Notes under the pieces: generated by a model
Databases searched by the model: none
Told to the model about the DNA's origin: nothing
Seen by the model: the letters and a program-made list of their open reading frames with translations, nothing else
Shown here: positions 38,701 to 51,854 of the stretch, one piece after another
How positions within the stretch are numbered: the first letter of the stretch is position 1
Layout: every line of letters starts with the position of its first letter
Assembly: GCF_009834535.1 (NCBI RefSeq)
Contig: NC_045697.1
Span: 121,150,001-121,214,000 of the forward strand
Direction: 5' to 3'
Source: Camelus ferus
Taxonomy: Eukaryota
DNA: 64,000 bases
Program-made: the position numbers and the translations under genes

Positions 38701-41700
38701 TCAGATTTCCGGAACAAGGCCGAGTGGGTTGGGGAGGTTAGGGGCCGCCCTCCACGCACCTGCCTCTTGTCACAGGTGTTCCCTGGCAGGGGGAAGTCCG
38801 TTAAATTCCTTCCCTGTGCAGGGGGATGCACTACATGCCACCTGTTTTCCAGCACAAACCCCGCATTTCCTCTGCGGCCCGCACTAGGAGACAATCGGGG
38901 AATACATGCGGAGGGCTCCTATGAGATCCCAGGCGCTGCAAAAAGAGGACGGAACCTCCCACACTTAGAATTCCGGAACGCGGCCGTTTGGGTGAGGGAG
39001 TTTTGGGACAGCCCTCCGCGCAGCTGCCTGGTTTCACATGTGTTCCCTTGCAGGGGAAATCCGCTAATAACCTCCCCTATCCTGAGGGAGTCACTACATG
39101 CTACCTGCTATTCCAGCACTACCCCCGCATTTTCCCTGTAGTCTGCTCTAGGAGACACTCGGGGAAGACACGCAGAGGGCTCCTAGGTAATCCCAGGCGC
39201 TGCAGACAGAGTACGGACCTCCCCACACTCAGATTTTCGGAACGAGGCCGAGTGGTTCGGGGAGGTTTGGGGCCGCACACCTCGCAGTTGCCTGGTGTCA
39301 CATGTGTTCCCTGGCCGGGGGAATTCCGCTAATTTCCTCTCCTGTCCAGGGGAAATCACTAGATTCTACCTGAATTTCCAGCCCGTCCCCCGCATTTCCC
39401 TGGCTGCCCGCACTAGGAGACAGTTGGGGAAGACACACGGAGGGCTCCTAGTTGATCCCAGGCGCTGCAGACAGATTACGGATCCTCCACACACTCAGAA
39501 TTCCTTAACGTGGCCGAGTGGGTGAGGGAGGATTTGGGCCGACCTCCACGAAGCTGCGTGGCGTCACAGGTGTTCCCTGGAAGGGGGTAGTCCGCTAATT
39601 ACCTCTCCTGTCCAGAGGGAGGCACTATATGCTACCTGCATTTCCAGTCCAACCCCCGCATTTACCCGGAAGCCCGCAGAAGGAGACACTCCGGGAAGAC
39701 ACGCAGAGGGCTCCTAGGAGATCCCAGGCGCTGCAGACAGAGTACGGACCTCCCCACACTCAGATTTCCGGAAGAAGGCCGAGTGGGTTGGGGAGGTTAG
39801 GGGCCGCCCTCCACGCACCTGCCTCTTGTCACAGGTGTTCCCTGGCAGGGGGAAGTCCGCTAAATACCTTCCCTGTGCAGGGGGATGCACTACATGCCAC
39901 CTGTTTTCCAGCACAACCCCCGCATTTCCTCTGCGGCCCGCACTAGGAGACACTCGGGGAATACATGCGGAGGGCACCTATGAGATCCCAGGCGCTGCAA
40001 ACAGATGACGGAACCTCCCACACTTAGAATTCCGGAACGCGGCCGAGTGGGTGAGGGAGTTTTGGGACAGCCCTCCGCGCAGCTGCCTGGTTTCACATGT
40101 GTTCCCTTGCAGGGGAAATCCGCTAATTACCTCCCCAGTCCTGAGGGGGTCACTACATGCTACCTGCTATTCCAGCACAACCCCCGCATTTTCCCTGTAG
40201 CCGGCACTAGGAGACACTCGGGGAAGACACGCGGAGGGCTCCTAGGAGATCCCAGGCGCTGCAGACAGAGGACGGAACCTCCCAACACTCAGAATTCCGG
40301 AACGCGGCCGAGTGGGTCGGGGAGGTTTCGGGCCGTCCTCCACGCAGATGCCTGGTGTCACAAGTGTTCCCTGAAAGGGGGAATTCCCCTAAATACCTGC
40401 CCTGCCCAGGGGGAGGCACTATATGCTACCTGAATTTCCAGCCCAACCCCCACCTTTCCGAGGCTCCCCGCACTAGGATACACTCCGGGAAGACACGCGG
40501 ACGGCTCCTACGTGATCCCAGGCCGTGCAGAAAGAGGACGGAACCTCGCCACACACAGAATTCCGGAACGCGGCCGAGTGGGTGGGGGAGGTTTGGGGCA
40601 GACATCCTCGCAGCTGCCTGGTGTCACAGGTGTTCCCTTGCAGGGGGAATTCCGATTTTACCTCACCAGTCCAGAGGGAGGCACTAGATGCTACCTGCAT
40701 TTCCAGACCAACCCCCGCCTTTCCCCGGCAGCCCGCACTAGGAGACACTCGGGGAAGACACGCAGAGGTCCCCTAGGGGATCCCAGGCGCTGCAGACAGA
40801 GTACGGACCTCCCCACACTCAGATTTTCGGAACGAGGCCGACTGGGTGGGGGATGTTTGGGGCCGCAAACCTCACAGTTGTCTGGTGTCACATGTGTTCC
40901 CTGGCAGGGGGAATTCCGCTAATTTCCTCTCCTGTCCAGGGGAAATCACTAGATTCTACCTGAATTTCCAGCCCATCCCCCGCATTTCGCTGGCTGCCCG
41001 CACTAGGAGACAGTTGGGGAAGACACGCGGAGGGCTCCTATGTGATCCCAGGCGCTGCAGACAGATTACGGAACCTCCACACACTCAGAATTCCTTAACG
41101 CGGCCGAGTGGGTGGGGGAGGATTTGGGCCGACCTCCACGAAGCTGCCTGGTGTCACAGGTGTTCCCTGGAAGGGGGTAGTCCGCTAATTACCTCTCCTG
41201 TCCAGAGGGAGGCACTACATGCTACCTGCATTTCCAGTCCAACCCCCGCATTTACCCGGAAGCCCGCAGAAAGAGACACTCGGGGAAGACACGCAGCGGG
41301 CTCCTAGGAGATCCCAGGCGCTGCAGACAGAGTACGGACCTCCCCACACTCAGATTTCCGGAACAAGGCCGAGTGGGTGGGGGAGGTTAGGGGCCTCCCT
41401 CCACGCACCTGCCTCTTGTCACAGGTGTTCCCTGGCAGGGGGAAGTCCGCTAAATACCTTCCCTGTGCAGGGGGATGCACTACATGCCACCTGTTTTCCA
41501 GCACAACCCCCGCATTTCCTCTGCGGCCCGCACTAGGAGACACTCGGGAAATACATGCGGAGGGCACCTATGAGATCCCAGGTGCTGCAAACAGAGGACG
41601 GAACCTCCCACACTTAGAATTCCGGAACGCGGCCGAGTGGGTGAGGGAGTTTTGGGACAGCCCTCCGCGCAGCTGCCTGGTTTCACATGTGTTCCCTTGC

Positions 41701-44700
41701 AGGGGAAATCCGCTAATTACCTCCCCAGTCCTGAGGGAGTCACTACATGCTACCTGCTATTCCAGCACAACCCCCGCATTTTCCCTGTAGCCGGCAATAG
41801 GAGACACTCGGGGAAGACACGCGGAGGGCTCCTAGGAGATCCCAGGCGCTGCAGACAGAGGACGGAACCTCCCAACACTCAGAATTCCGGAACGCAGCCG
41901 AGTGGGTCGGGGAGGTTTCGGGCCGTCCTCCACGCAGATGCCTGGTGTCACAAGTGTTCCCTGAAAGGGGGAATTCCCCTAAATACCTGCCCTGCCCAGG
42001 GGGAGGCACTATATGCTACCTGAATTTCCAGCCATATCCCCACCTTTCCGAGGCTCCCCGCACTAGGATACACTCCAGGAAGACACGCGGACGGCTCCTA
42101 GGTGATCCCAGGCGCTGCAGACAGAGGATGGAACCTCGCCACACTCAGATTTTCGGAACGAGGCCGAGTGGGTGGGGGAGGTTTTGGGCCGCACACCTCA
42201 CCGTTGCCTGGTGTCACATGTGTTCCCTGGCAGGGGGAATTCCGCTAAATTCCTCTCCTGTCCAGGGGAAATCACTAGATTCTACCTGAATTTCCAGCCC
42301 ATCCCCCGCATTTCCCTGGCTGTCTGCACTAGGAGACAGTTGGGGAAGACACGCGGAGGGCTCCTAGGTGATCCCAGGCGCTGCAGACAGATTACGGATC
42401 CTCCACACACTCAGAATTCCTTAACACGGCCGAGTGGGTGGGGGAGGATTTGGGCCGACCTCCACGAAGCTGCCTGGTGTCACAGGTGTTCCCTGGAAGG
42501 GGGTATTCCGCTAATTACCTCTCCTGTCCAGAGGGAGACACTACATGCTACCTGCATTTCCAGTTCAACCCCCGCATTTACCCGGATTCCCGCAGAAGGA
42601 GACACTCGGGGAAGACACGCAGAGGGCTCCTAGGAGATCCCAGGCGCTGCAGACAGAGTCCGGACCTCCCCACACTCAGATTTTCGGAACGAGACCGAGT
42701 GGGTGTGGGATGTTTGGGTCCGCACACCTCGCAGTTGCCTGGTGTCACATGTGTTCCCTGGCAGGGGGAATTCCGCTAATTTCCTCTCCTGTCCAGGGGA
42801 AATCACTAGATTCTACCTGAATTTCCAGCCCATCCCCCGCATTTCCCTGGCTGCCCGCACTAGGAGACAGTTTGGGAAGACACGCGGAAGGCTCCTAGGT
42901 GATCCCATGCGCTGCAGACAGATTACGGATCCTCCACACACTCAGAATTCCTTAACGCGGCCGAGTGGGTGGGGGAGGATTTGGGCCGACCTCCACGAAG
43001 CTGCCTGGCGTCACAGGTGTTCCCTGGAAGGGGGTAGTCCGCTAATTACCTCTCCTGTCCAGAGGGAGGCACTACATGCTACCTGCATTTCCAGTCCAAC
43101 CCCCGCATTTACCCGGAAGCCCGCAGAAGGAGACACTCCGGGAAGACACGCAGAGGGCTCCTAGGAGATCCCAGGCGCTGCAGACAGAGTACGGACCTCC
43201 CCACACTCAGATTTCCGGAACAAGGCCGAGTGGGTTGGGGAGGTTAGGGGCCGCCCTCCACGCACCTGCCTCTTGTCACAGGTGTTCCCTGGCAGGGGGA
43301 AGTCCGCTAAATACCTTCTCTGTGCAGGGGGATGCACTACATGCCACCTATTTTCCAGCACAACCCCCGCATTTCCTCTGCGGCCCGCACTAGGAGACAC
43401 TCGGGGAATACATGCGGAGGGCTCCTATGAGATCCCAGGCGCTGCAAACTGATGACGGAACCTCCCACACTTAGAATTCCGGAACGCGGCCGAGTGGGTG
43501 AGGGAGTTTTGGGACAGCCCTCCGCGCAGCTGCCTGGTTTCACATGTGTTCCCTTGCAGGGGAAATCCGCTAATTACCTCCCCAGTCCTGAGGGGGTCAC
43601 TACATGCTACCTGCTATTCCAGCACAACCCCCGCATTTTCCCTGTAGCCGGCACTAGGAGACACTCGGGGAAGACACGCGGAGGGCTCCTAGGAGATCCC
43701 AGGCGCTGCAGACAGAGTACGGACCTCCCCACACTCAGATTTTCGGAACGAGGCCGACTGGGTGGGGGATATTTGGGGCCGCACAACTCACAGTTGTCTG
43801 GTGTCACATGTGTTCCCTGGCAGGGGGAATTCCGCTAATTTCCTCTCCTGTCCAGGGGAAATCACTAGATTCTACCTGAATTTCCAGCCCATCCCTCGCA
43901 TTTCCCTGGCTGCCCGCACTAGGAGACAGTTGGGGAAGACACGCGGAGGGCTCCTATGTGATCCCAGGCGCTGCAGACAGATTACGGAACCTCCACACAC
44001 TCAGAATTCCTTAACGCGGCCGAGTGGGTGGGGGAGGATTTGGGCCGACCTCCACGAAGCTGCCTGGTGTCACAGGTGTTCCCAGGAAGGGGGTAGTCCG
44101 CTAATTACCTCTCCTGTCCAGAGGGAGGCACTATATGCAACCTGCATTTCCAGTCCAACCCCCGCATTTACCCGGAAGCCCGCAGAAAGAGACACTCGGG
44201 GAAGACACGCAGCGGGCTCCTAGGAGATCACAGGCGCTGCAGACAGAGTACGGACCTCCCCACACTCAGATTTCCGGAACAAGGCCGAGTGGGTGGGGGA
44301 GGTTAGGGGCCTCCCTCCACGCACCTGCCTCTTGTCACAGGTGTTCCCTGGCAGGGGGAAGTCCGCTAAATACCTTCCCTGTGCAGGGGGATGCACTACA
44401 TGCCACCTGTTTTCCAGCACAACCCCCGCATTTCCTCTGCGGCCCGCACTAGGAGACACTCGGGGAATACATGCGGAGGGCTCCTATGAGATCCCAGCGC
44501 TGCAAACAGAGGACGGAACCTCCCACACTTAGAATTCCGGAACGCGGCCGAGTGGGTGAGGGAGTTTTGGGACAGCCCTCCGCGCAGCTGCCTGGTTTCA
44601 CATGTGTTCCCTTGCAGGGGAAATCCGCTAATTACCTCCCCTGTCCTGAGGGAGTCACTACATGCTACCTGCTATTCCAGCACAACCCCCGCATTTTCCC

Positions 44701-47700
44701 TGTAGCCCGCACTAGGAGACACTCGGGGAAGACACGCGGAGGGCTCCTAGGAGATCCCAGGCGCTGCAGACAGAGGACGGAACCGCCCAACACTCAGAAT
44801 TCCGGAACGCGGCGGAGTGGGTCGGGGAGGTTTCGGGCCGTCCTCCACGCAGCTGCCTGGTGTCACAAGTGTTCCCTGAATGGGGGAATTCCCCTAAATA
44901 CCTGCACTGCCCAGGGGGAGGCACTATATGCTACCTGAATTTCCAGCCCAACCCCCACCTTTCCGAGGCTCCCCGCACTAGGATACACTCCGGGAAGACA
45001 CGCGGACGGCTCCTAGGTGATCCCAGGCGCTGCAGACAGAGGACGGAACCTCGCCACACTCAGAATTCCGGAACGCGGCCGACTGGGTGGGGGAGGTTTG
45101 GGGCCGCCCCCCTCGCAGCTGCCTGGTGTCACAGGTGTTCCATGGCAGGGGGATTTCCGCTAATAACCTCATCTGTAGAGGGGGAGGCACTAGAAGCTAC
45201 CTGCATTTTCAGCCCAACCCCCGCATTTCCCCGGCAGCCCGCACTAGGATACACTCGGGGAAGACACGCGGAAGGCTCCTAGGAGATTCCAGGCGCTGCA
45301 GACAGAGGACGGAACCTCGCCACACTCAGAATTCCGGAACGCGGCAGAGTGAGTGTGGGAGGTTTTGGGTCGCCCTCCCCGCAGCTGCCTGGTGTCACAA
45401 GTGTTACCTGGCAGGGGGAAGTCCGCCAATTACCTCATCTTTCCATTGGGAGGCAATAGATGCTTCTTGCATTTCCAGCCAAACCCCAGCATTTCCCCGG
45501 CTGCCCGCACTAGGAGACACTCGGGGAAGACACGCGGAGGGCTCCTAGGAGATCCCAGGCGCTGCAGACAGAGGACGGAACCTCGCCACACTCAGAATTC
45601 CGGAACGCGGCAGAGTGAGTGTGGGAGGTTTTGGGTCTCCCTCCACGCAGCTGCCTGGTGTCACATGTGTTCCCTGGCAGAGGGAAGTCCGCTAAATTCC
45701 TCTACTGTCCAGGGGAAATCACTAGATTCTACCTGAATTTCCAGCCCATCCCCCGCATTTCCCTGGTTGCCTGCACTAGGACACAGTTGTGGAAGACACA
45801 AGGAGGTCTCCTACGTTATCCCAGGCGCTGCAGACAGAGTACGGACCTCCCCACACTCAGATTTCCGGAACAAGGCCGAGTGGGTTGGGGAGGTTAGGGG
45901 CCGCCCTCCACGCACCTGCCTCTTGTCACAGGTGTTCCCTGGCAGGGGGAAGTCCGTTAAATACCTTCCCTGTGCAGGGGGATGCACTACATGCCACCTG
46001 TTTTCCAGCACAAACCCCGCATTTCCTCTGCGGCCCGCACTAGGAGACAATCGGGGAATACATGCGGAGGGCTCCTATGAGATCCCAGGCGCTGCAAACA
46101 GAGGACGGAACCTCCCACACTTAGAATTCCGGAACGCGGCCGAGTGGGTGAGGGAGTTTTGGGACAGCCCTCCGCGCAGCTGCCTGGTTTCACATGTGTT
46201 CCCTTGCAGGGGAAATCCGCTAATAACCTCCCCTGTCCTGAGGGAGTCACTACATGCTACCTGCTATTCCAGCACTACCCCCGCATTTTCCCTGTAGTCC
46301 GCTCTAGGAGACACTCGGGGAAGACACGCAGAGGGCTCCTAGGTAATCCCAGGCGCTGCAGAAAGAGTACGGACCTCCCCACACTCAGATTTTCGGAACG
46401 AGGCCGAGTGGTTCGGGGAGGTTGGGGCCGCACACCTCGCAGTTGCCTGGTGTCACATGTGTTCCCTGGCCGGGGGAATTCCACTAATTTCATCTCCTGT
46501 CCAGGGGAAATCACTAGATTCTACCTGAATTTCCAGCCAATCCCCCGCATTTCCCTGGCTGCCCGCACTAGGAGACAGTTGGGGAAGACACGCGGAGGGC
46601 TCCTAGGTGATCCCAGGCGCTGCAGACAGATTACGGATCCTCCACACACTCAGAATTCCTTAACGTGGCCGAGTGGGTGGGGGAGGATTTGGGCCGACCT
46701 CCACGAAGCTGCCTGGCGTCACAGGTGTTCCCTGGAAGGGGGTAGTCCGCTAATTACCTCTCCTGTCCAGAGGGAGGCACTACATGCTACCTGCATTTCC
46801 AGTCCAACCCCCGCATTTACCCGGAAGCCCGCAGAATGAGACACTCCGGGAAGACACGCAGAGGGCTCCTAGGAGATCCCAGGCGCTGCAGACAGAGTAC
46901 GGACCTCCCCACACTCAGATTTCCGCAAGAAGGCCGAGTGGGTGGGGGAGGTTAGGGGCCGCCCTCCACGCACCTGCCTCTTGTCACAGGTGTTCCCTGG
47001 CAGGGGGAAGTCCGCTAAATACCTTCCCTGTGCAGGGGGATGCACTACATGCCACCTGTTTTCCAGCACAACCCCCGCATTTCCTCTGCGGCCCGCACTA
47101 GGAGACACTCGGGGAATACATGCAGAGGGCACCTATGAGATCCCAGGCGCTGCAAACAGATGACGGAACCTCCCACACTTAGAATTCCGGAACGCGGCCG
47201 AGTGGGTGAGGGAGTTTTGGGACAGCCCTCCGCGCAGCTGCCTGGTTTCACATGTGTTCCCTTGCAGGGGAAATCCGCTAATTACCTCCCCAGTCCTGAG
47301 GGGGTCACTACATGCTACCTGCTATTCCAGCACAAACCCCCGCATTTTCCCTGTAGCCGGCACTAGGAGACACTCGGGGAAGACAAGCGGAGGGCTCCTA
47401 GGAGATCCCAGGCGCTGCAGACAGAGGACGGAACCTCCCAACACTCAGAATTCCGGAACGCGGCCGAGTGGGTCGGGGAGGTTTCGGGCCGTCCTCCACG
47501 CAGATGCCTGGTGTCACAAGTGTTCCCTGAAAGGGGGAATTCCCCTAAATACCTGCCCTGCCCAGGGGGAGGCACTATATGCTACCTGAATTTCCAGCCC
47601 AAACCCCCACATTTCCGAGGCTCCCCGCACTAGGATACACTCCGGGAAGACACGCGGACGGCTCCTAGGTGATCCCAGGCCGTGCAGAAAGAGGACGGAA

Positions 47701-49971
47701 CCTCGCCACACACAGAATTCCGGAACGCGGCCGAGTGGTGGGGGAGGTTGGGGCAGACATCCTCGCAGCTGCCTGGTGTCACAGGTGTTCCCTTGCAGGG
47801 GGAATTCCGATTTTACCTCACCAGTCCAGAGGGAGGCACTAGATGCTACCCTGCATTTCCAGACCAACCCCCCGCCTTCTCCCGGCAGCCCGCACTAGGA
47901 GACACTCGGGGAAGACACGCAGAGGTCCCCTAGGGGATCCCAGGCGCTGCAGGACAGAGTACGGACCTCCCCACACTCAGATTTTCGGAACGAGGCCGAC
48001 TGGGTGGGGATGTTTGGGGCCGCACACCTCACAGTTGTCTGGTGTCACATGTGTTCCCTGGCAGGGGGAATTCCGCTAATTTCCTCTCCTGTCCAGGGGA
48101 AATCACTAGATTCTACCTGAATTTCCAGCCCATCCCCCGCATTTCCCTGGCTGCCCGCACTAGGAGACAGTTGGGGAAGACACGCAGAGGTCCCTAGGGG
48201 ATCCCAGGCGCTGCAGACAGAGTACGGACCTCCCCACACTCAGATTTCGGAACGAGGCCGAGTGGGTGGGGGAGGTTTTGGGCCGCACAACTCGCCGTGC
48301 CTGGTGTCACATGTGTTCCCTGGCAGGGGGAATTCCGCTAAATCCTCTCCTGTCCAGGGGAAATCACTAGATTCTACCTGAATTTCCAGCCCATCCCCCG
48401 CATTTCCCTGGCTGCCGGCACTAGGAGACAGTTGGGGAAGACACGCGGAGGGCTCCTATGTGATCCCAGGCGCTGCAGACAGATTACGGATCCTCCACAC
48501 ACTCAGAATTCCTTAACGTGGCCGAGTGGGTGGGGGAGGATTTGGGCCGACCTCCACGAAGCTGCCTGGTGTCACAGGTGTTCCCTGGAAGGGGGTATTC
48601 CGCTACTTACCTCTCCTGTCCAGAGGGAGACACTACATGCTACCTGCATTTCCAGTTCAACCCCCGATTTACCCGGAATCCCGCAGAAGGAGACACTCGG
48701 GGAAGACACGCAGAGGGCTCCTAGGAGATCCCAGGCGCTGCAGACAGAGTACGGACCTCCCCACACTCAGATTTTCGGAACGAGGCCGAGTGGGTGTGGG
48801 ATGTTTGGGGCCGCACAACCTCGCAGTTGCCTGGTGTCACATGTGTTCCCTGGCAGGGGGAATTCCGCTAATTTCCTCTCCTGTCCAGGGGAAATCACTA
48901 GATTCTACCTGAATTTCCAGCCCATCCCCCGCATTTCCCTGGCTGCCCGCACTAGGAGACAGTTTGGGAAGACACGCGGAAGGCTCCTAGGTGATCCCAT
49001 GCGCTGCAGACAGAGGACGGAACCTCCCAACACTCAGAATTCCGGAACGCGGCCGAGTGGGTCTGGGAGGTTTCGGGCCGTCCTCCACGCAGCTGCCTGG
49101 CGTCACAGGTGTTCCCTGCAAGGGGGTAGTCCGCTAATAACCTCTCCTGTTCAGAGGGAGGCACTACATGCTACCTGCATTCCAGTCCAACCCCCCGCAT
49201 TTACCCGGAAAGCCCGCAGAAGGAGACACTCGGGGGAAGACCCGCAGAGGGCTCTAGGAGATCCCAGGCGCTGCAGGACAGAGTACGGACCCTCCCCACC
49301 ACTCAGATTTCCGGAACAAGGCCGAGTGGGTGGGGGAGGTTAGGGGCCGCCCTCCACGCACCTGCTCTTGTACACAGGTGTTCCCTGGCAGGGGGAAGTC
49401 CGCTAAATACCTTCCCTGTGCAGGGGGATGGGACTACATGCCACCTGTTTTTCCAGCACAACCCCCGCATTTCCTCTGCGGCCCGCACTAGGAGACACTC
49501 AGGGAATACATGCGGAGGGCACCTATGAGATCCCAGGCGCTGCAAACAGATGACGGAACCTCCCACACTTAGAATTCCGGAACGCGGCCGAGTGGGTGAG
49601 GGAGTTTTGGGACAGCCCTCCGCGCAGCTGCCTGGTTTCACATGTGTTCCCTTGCAGGGGAAATCCGCTAATAACCTCCCCTGTCCTGAGGGTGTCACTA
49701 CATGCTACCTGCTATTCCAGCACTACCCCCGCATTTTCCCTGTAGCCCGCACTAGGAGACACTCAGGGAAGACACGCGGAGGGCTCCTAGGTGATCCCAG
49801 GCGTGCAGACAGAGTACGGACCTCCCACACTCAGATTTTCGGAACGAGGCCGAGTGGGTGGGGGAGGTTTTGGGCCGCACAACTCGCCGTTGCCTGGTGT
49901 CACATGTGTTCCCTGGCAGGGGGAATTCCGCTAAATTCCTCTCCTGTCCAGGGGAAATCACTAGATTCTAC
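35750..49971. repeat. HOR layer 3: irregular array based on a ~1591 bp 6-mer (4-9-mer variants)
   Basis: The diagnostic monomer (gttaggggcc...tgtgcagggggatg...cctat(g/a)aga) starts at about 35750, 37342, 38667, 39726, 41316, 43173, 44232, 45823, 46881 and 49266, i.e. 6, 5, 4, 6, 7, 4, 6, 4, 9 monomers apart. Confidence 0.9.
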
Positions 49972-50071
49972 NNNNNNNNNNNNNNNNNNNNNNNNNNNNN
50001 NNNNNNNNNNNNNNNNNNNNNNNNNNNNNNNNNNNNNNNNNNNNNNNNNNNNNNNNNNNNNNNNNNNNNNN
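49972..50071. other. Assembly gap (100 N, size unknown)
   Basis: Exactly 100 N, the usual placeholder for a scaffold join of unknown size. Confidence 0.99.
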
Positions 50072-50675
50072 AATTACTGTTTGCTAAAGAAAGCAAAAAC
50101 AACGGTTTTAAATGAGAGGTTTATAATATCTGAAGAAAAATATCCACATGCATACACATACTGGAGAAATACAGAATTGAACATCAATTTGATGAGTAAA
50201 AACTAATTTAAAATCAAGGTGCTTTGAAATTTATTTCCCCATATTTTCCCCTATGTTTCTCATCTATATTTTACAGTTAGTCAAGTACATATTTTACCAA
50301 TTGTGAGCTGTATTTAAATCATAGCTAAAGGCAAAAGTAAATCACTGGTCAGGCAAGGGCATATATTTGCATGCAGATCATTTCAATATGAAAATTCCAA
50401 TTGGATGTTGTATGGGTTAGAAAAAATCACCAGTCTACCCTAATAAAGTCAAGATAATATCTTTTTTTTTTCAACATGTGTTACATATTATATTTATTCA
50501 CCTTATTTCTTACATTTTTGAAAACTAGAAGCTGCTCTTATTAAATGTTCTACATTTTAGGAATATATTTTTTCTTACTTCATGCTTTTATAGTGATGCT
50601 TCTTTGGATCTTTGTAGCAAAGCAGTTTAGGTAGTAATGAAACATTAGAGGAAAAAACCTCCCTAAGATATAGGT

Positions 50676-50797
50676 AACTGTTATTATTCTTAACTACAAG
50701 GAAACTGAATCCTAAAGATGTTGAGTGGCTTACTCAAGGTCATGTAGCTAATCAGTGTCTGAGCCAAGAGCTGAGCCCAGACAGTCTGGCTTCAGAG
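50676..50797 (-). mobile_element. MIR SINE fragment
   Basis: aaggaaactgaatcctaaagatgttgagtggcttactcaaggtcatgtagctaatcagtg...gagctgagcccagacagtctggcttcaga resembles the reverse-complement MIR core and tRNA-derived head. Confidence 0.8.
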
Positions 50798-50804
50798 ACC
50801 TGAA

Positions 50805-50990
50805 ACACATGGAGAGTGCAGTGTCTTGGATGCCAAGGGATGACAGTGCTTCCAGAAAAGGGTAATCGTCAGTAATGCCAAATGCTGCTGAAAGGTCAAA
50901 TAATTAAATAAAAACTTGTAAGTGTTCACTGGCTTTAGCAAAAAATGAGTCATCAGTGACCTTGGCAAGAGCATCTTCAGTGGAATAAAA
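50805..50990 (-). mobile_element. L2 LINE fragment
   Basis: gtgtcttggatgccaag...ccaaatgctgctgaaaggtcaa...ggctttagcaa...gtcatcagtgaccttggcaagagca resembles typical antisense L2 sequence. Confidence 0.8.
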
Positions 50991-51854
50991 AGATGTCTAT
51001 TTCTACTAAATGAGAAAGAACAAAGGATTAACAAATTGTGCTACCTCTTCAAGGACTTCTTTCAGCAATGTCGGGAGCTGTCGATAATCTTGATTGGAGT
51101 GAAGGCAGTCAAGAAAGACGAGAGAGGCATGAAGCCCACAGCAGCACCAGGGAGGTCACTGTTATTGGAAAAAATCTGAAACGAGTAGAAACAAAAACAG
51201 GCTACAGGCTTAGTTTTCATGAGGAATGCACTTATAATGAGGAACTAGCAGTGTTAAAGACGCAGATAAACAACTTGAACCTACATTTAAAGACATGATC
51301 ATCATGTCTTTAAAGGGAGACTACTCACCATATGTTTGTGAAAACAAATTTATCCATTATCTTTGAAAAAAATCTGTATTTATATCAATAGATATGTAGA
51401 TAGACACATTTAATTTACTCATTTTTTGAAAAGGAAAATAAACTGACCCTTGTTTTTGATATGTACCTGACCCCTTGCATCATATACATCTTGTTCCCAA
51501 ATTAAATTAAAATTTCCATATGCCAATAATATCAACCACAAATGAAAGAAATACTGAATACCTATGAAAATATATAAAATTATGTATTATATATGTTACA
51601 CACGTAACACATGTAATAAAGTATGTATTTATTAGTTATAAATACCAAAAATGATCCTGAAACAGAAATCATAAGCTCCTAGAACCATGATAGGCAAAAT
51701 TTAGACATCCTTTATGTGATATGTACAAGCGAATCAGCAGCCTTCAAAAATTTTCATCTCTTTGGTCTAATAATACCAGTATTGGAAATATATCCAAGAG
51801 GAAGTAATCTGAAATGCCAAAAGTAAATTTTGGGGAAGAAAAGTGTAAAAATTT

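Larger units (their letters stand above)
1..49971. repeat. GC-rich tandem satellite array, ~265-266 bp monomer (~188 copies), likely centromeric/pericentromeric
   Basis: The anchor ctcctagg(a/t)gatcccaggcgctgcaga recurs at 1, 266, 532, ~795, 1060, 1326, 1590, 1856, 2120, 2386, 2652 and onward to 49799. By-eye consensus: aggcgctgcagacagagtacggaacctccccacactcagaattccggaacgcggccgagtgggtgggggaggtttggggccgccctccacgcagctgcctggtgtcacaggtgttccctggcagggggaattccgctaattacctcccctgtccagggggaggcactacatgctacctgcatttccagcccaacccccgcatttccccggcagcccgcactaggagacactcggggaagacacgcggagggctcctaggagatccc. All monomers have the same orientation. Centromeric location is inference. Confidence 0.98.

Noticed and set aside
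48432..49343. Longest ORF (303 aa)
   Set aside because: A chain of satellite translations joined by indels in the error-rich contig end.
59..49961. Hundreds of 60-230 aa ORFs on both strands over the satellite
   Set aside because: They recur with monomer/HOR periodicity, overlap in all frames and reflect stop-poor GC-rich repeat. The 265-266 bp unit is not a multiple of 3, and no protein family is recognisable.
1..49971. CRISPR-like or rDNA/5S array
   Set aside because: There are no unique spacers (the whole monomer is homologous), no similarity to rRNA that I recognise, and the context is mammalian.
49550..50206. ORFs crossing the N run
   Set aside because: Artefacts of translating through the gap.
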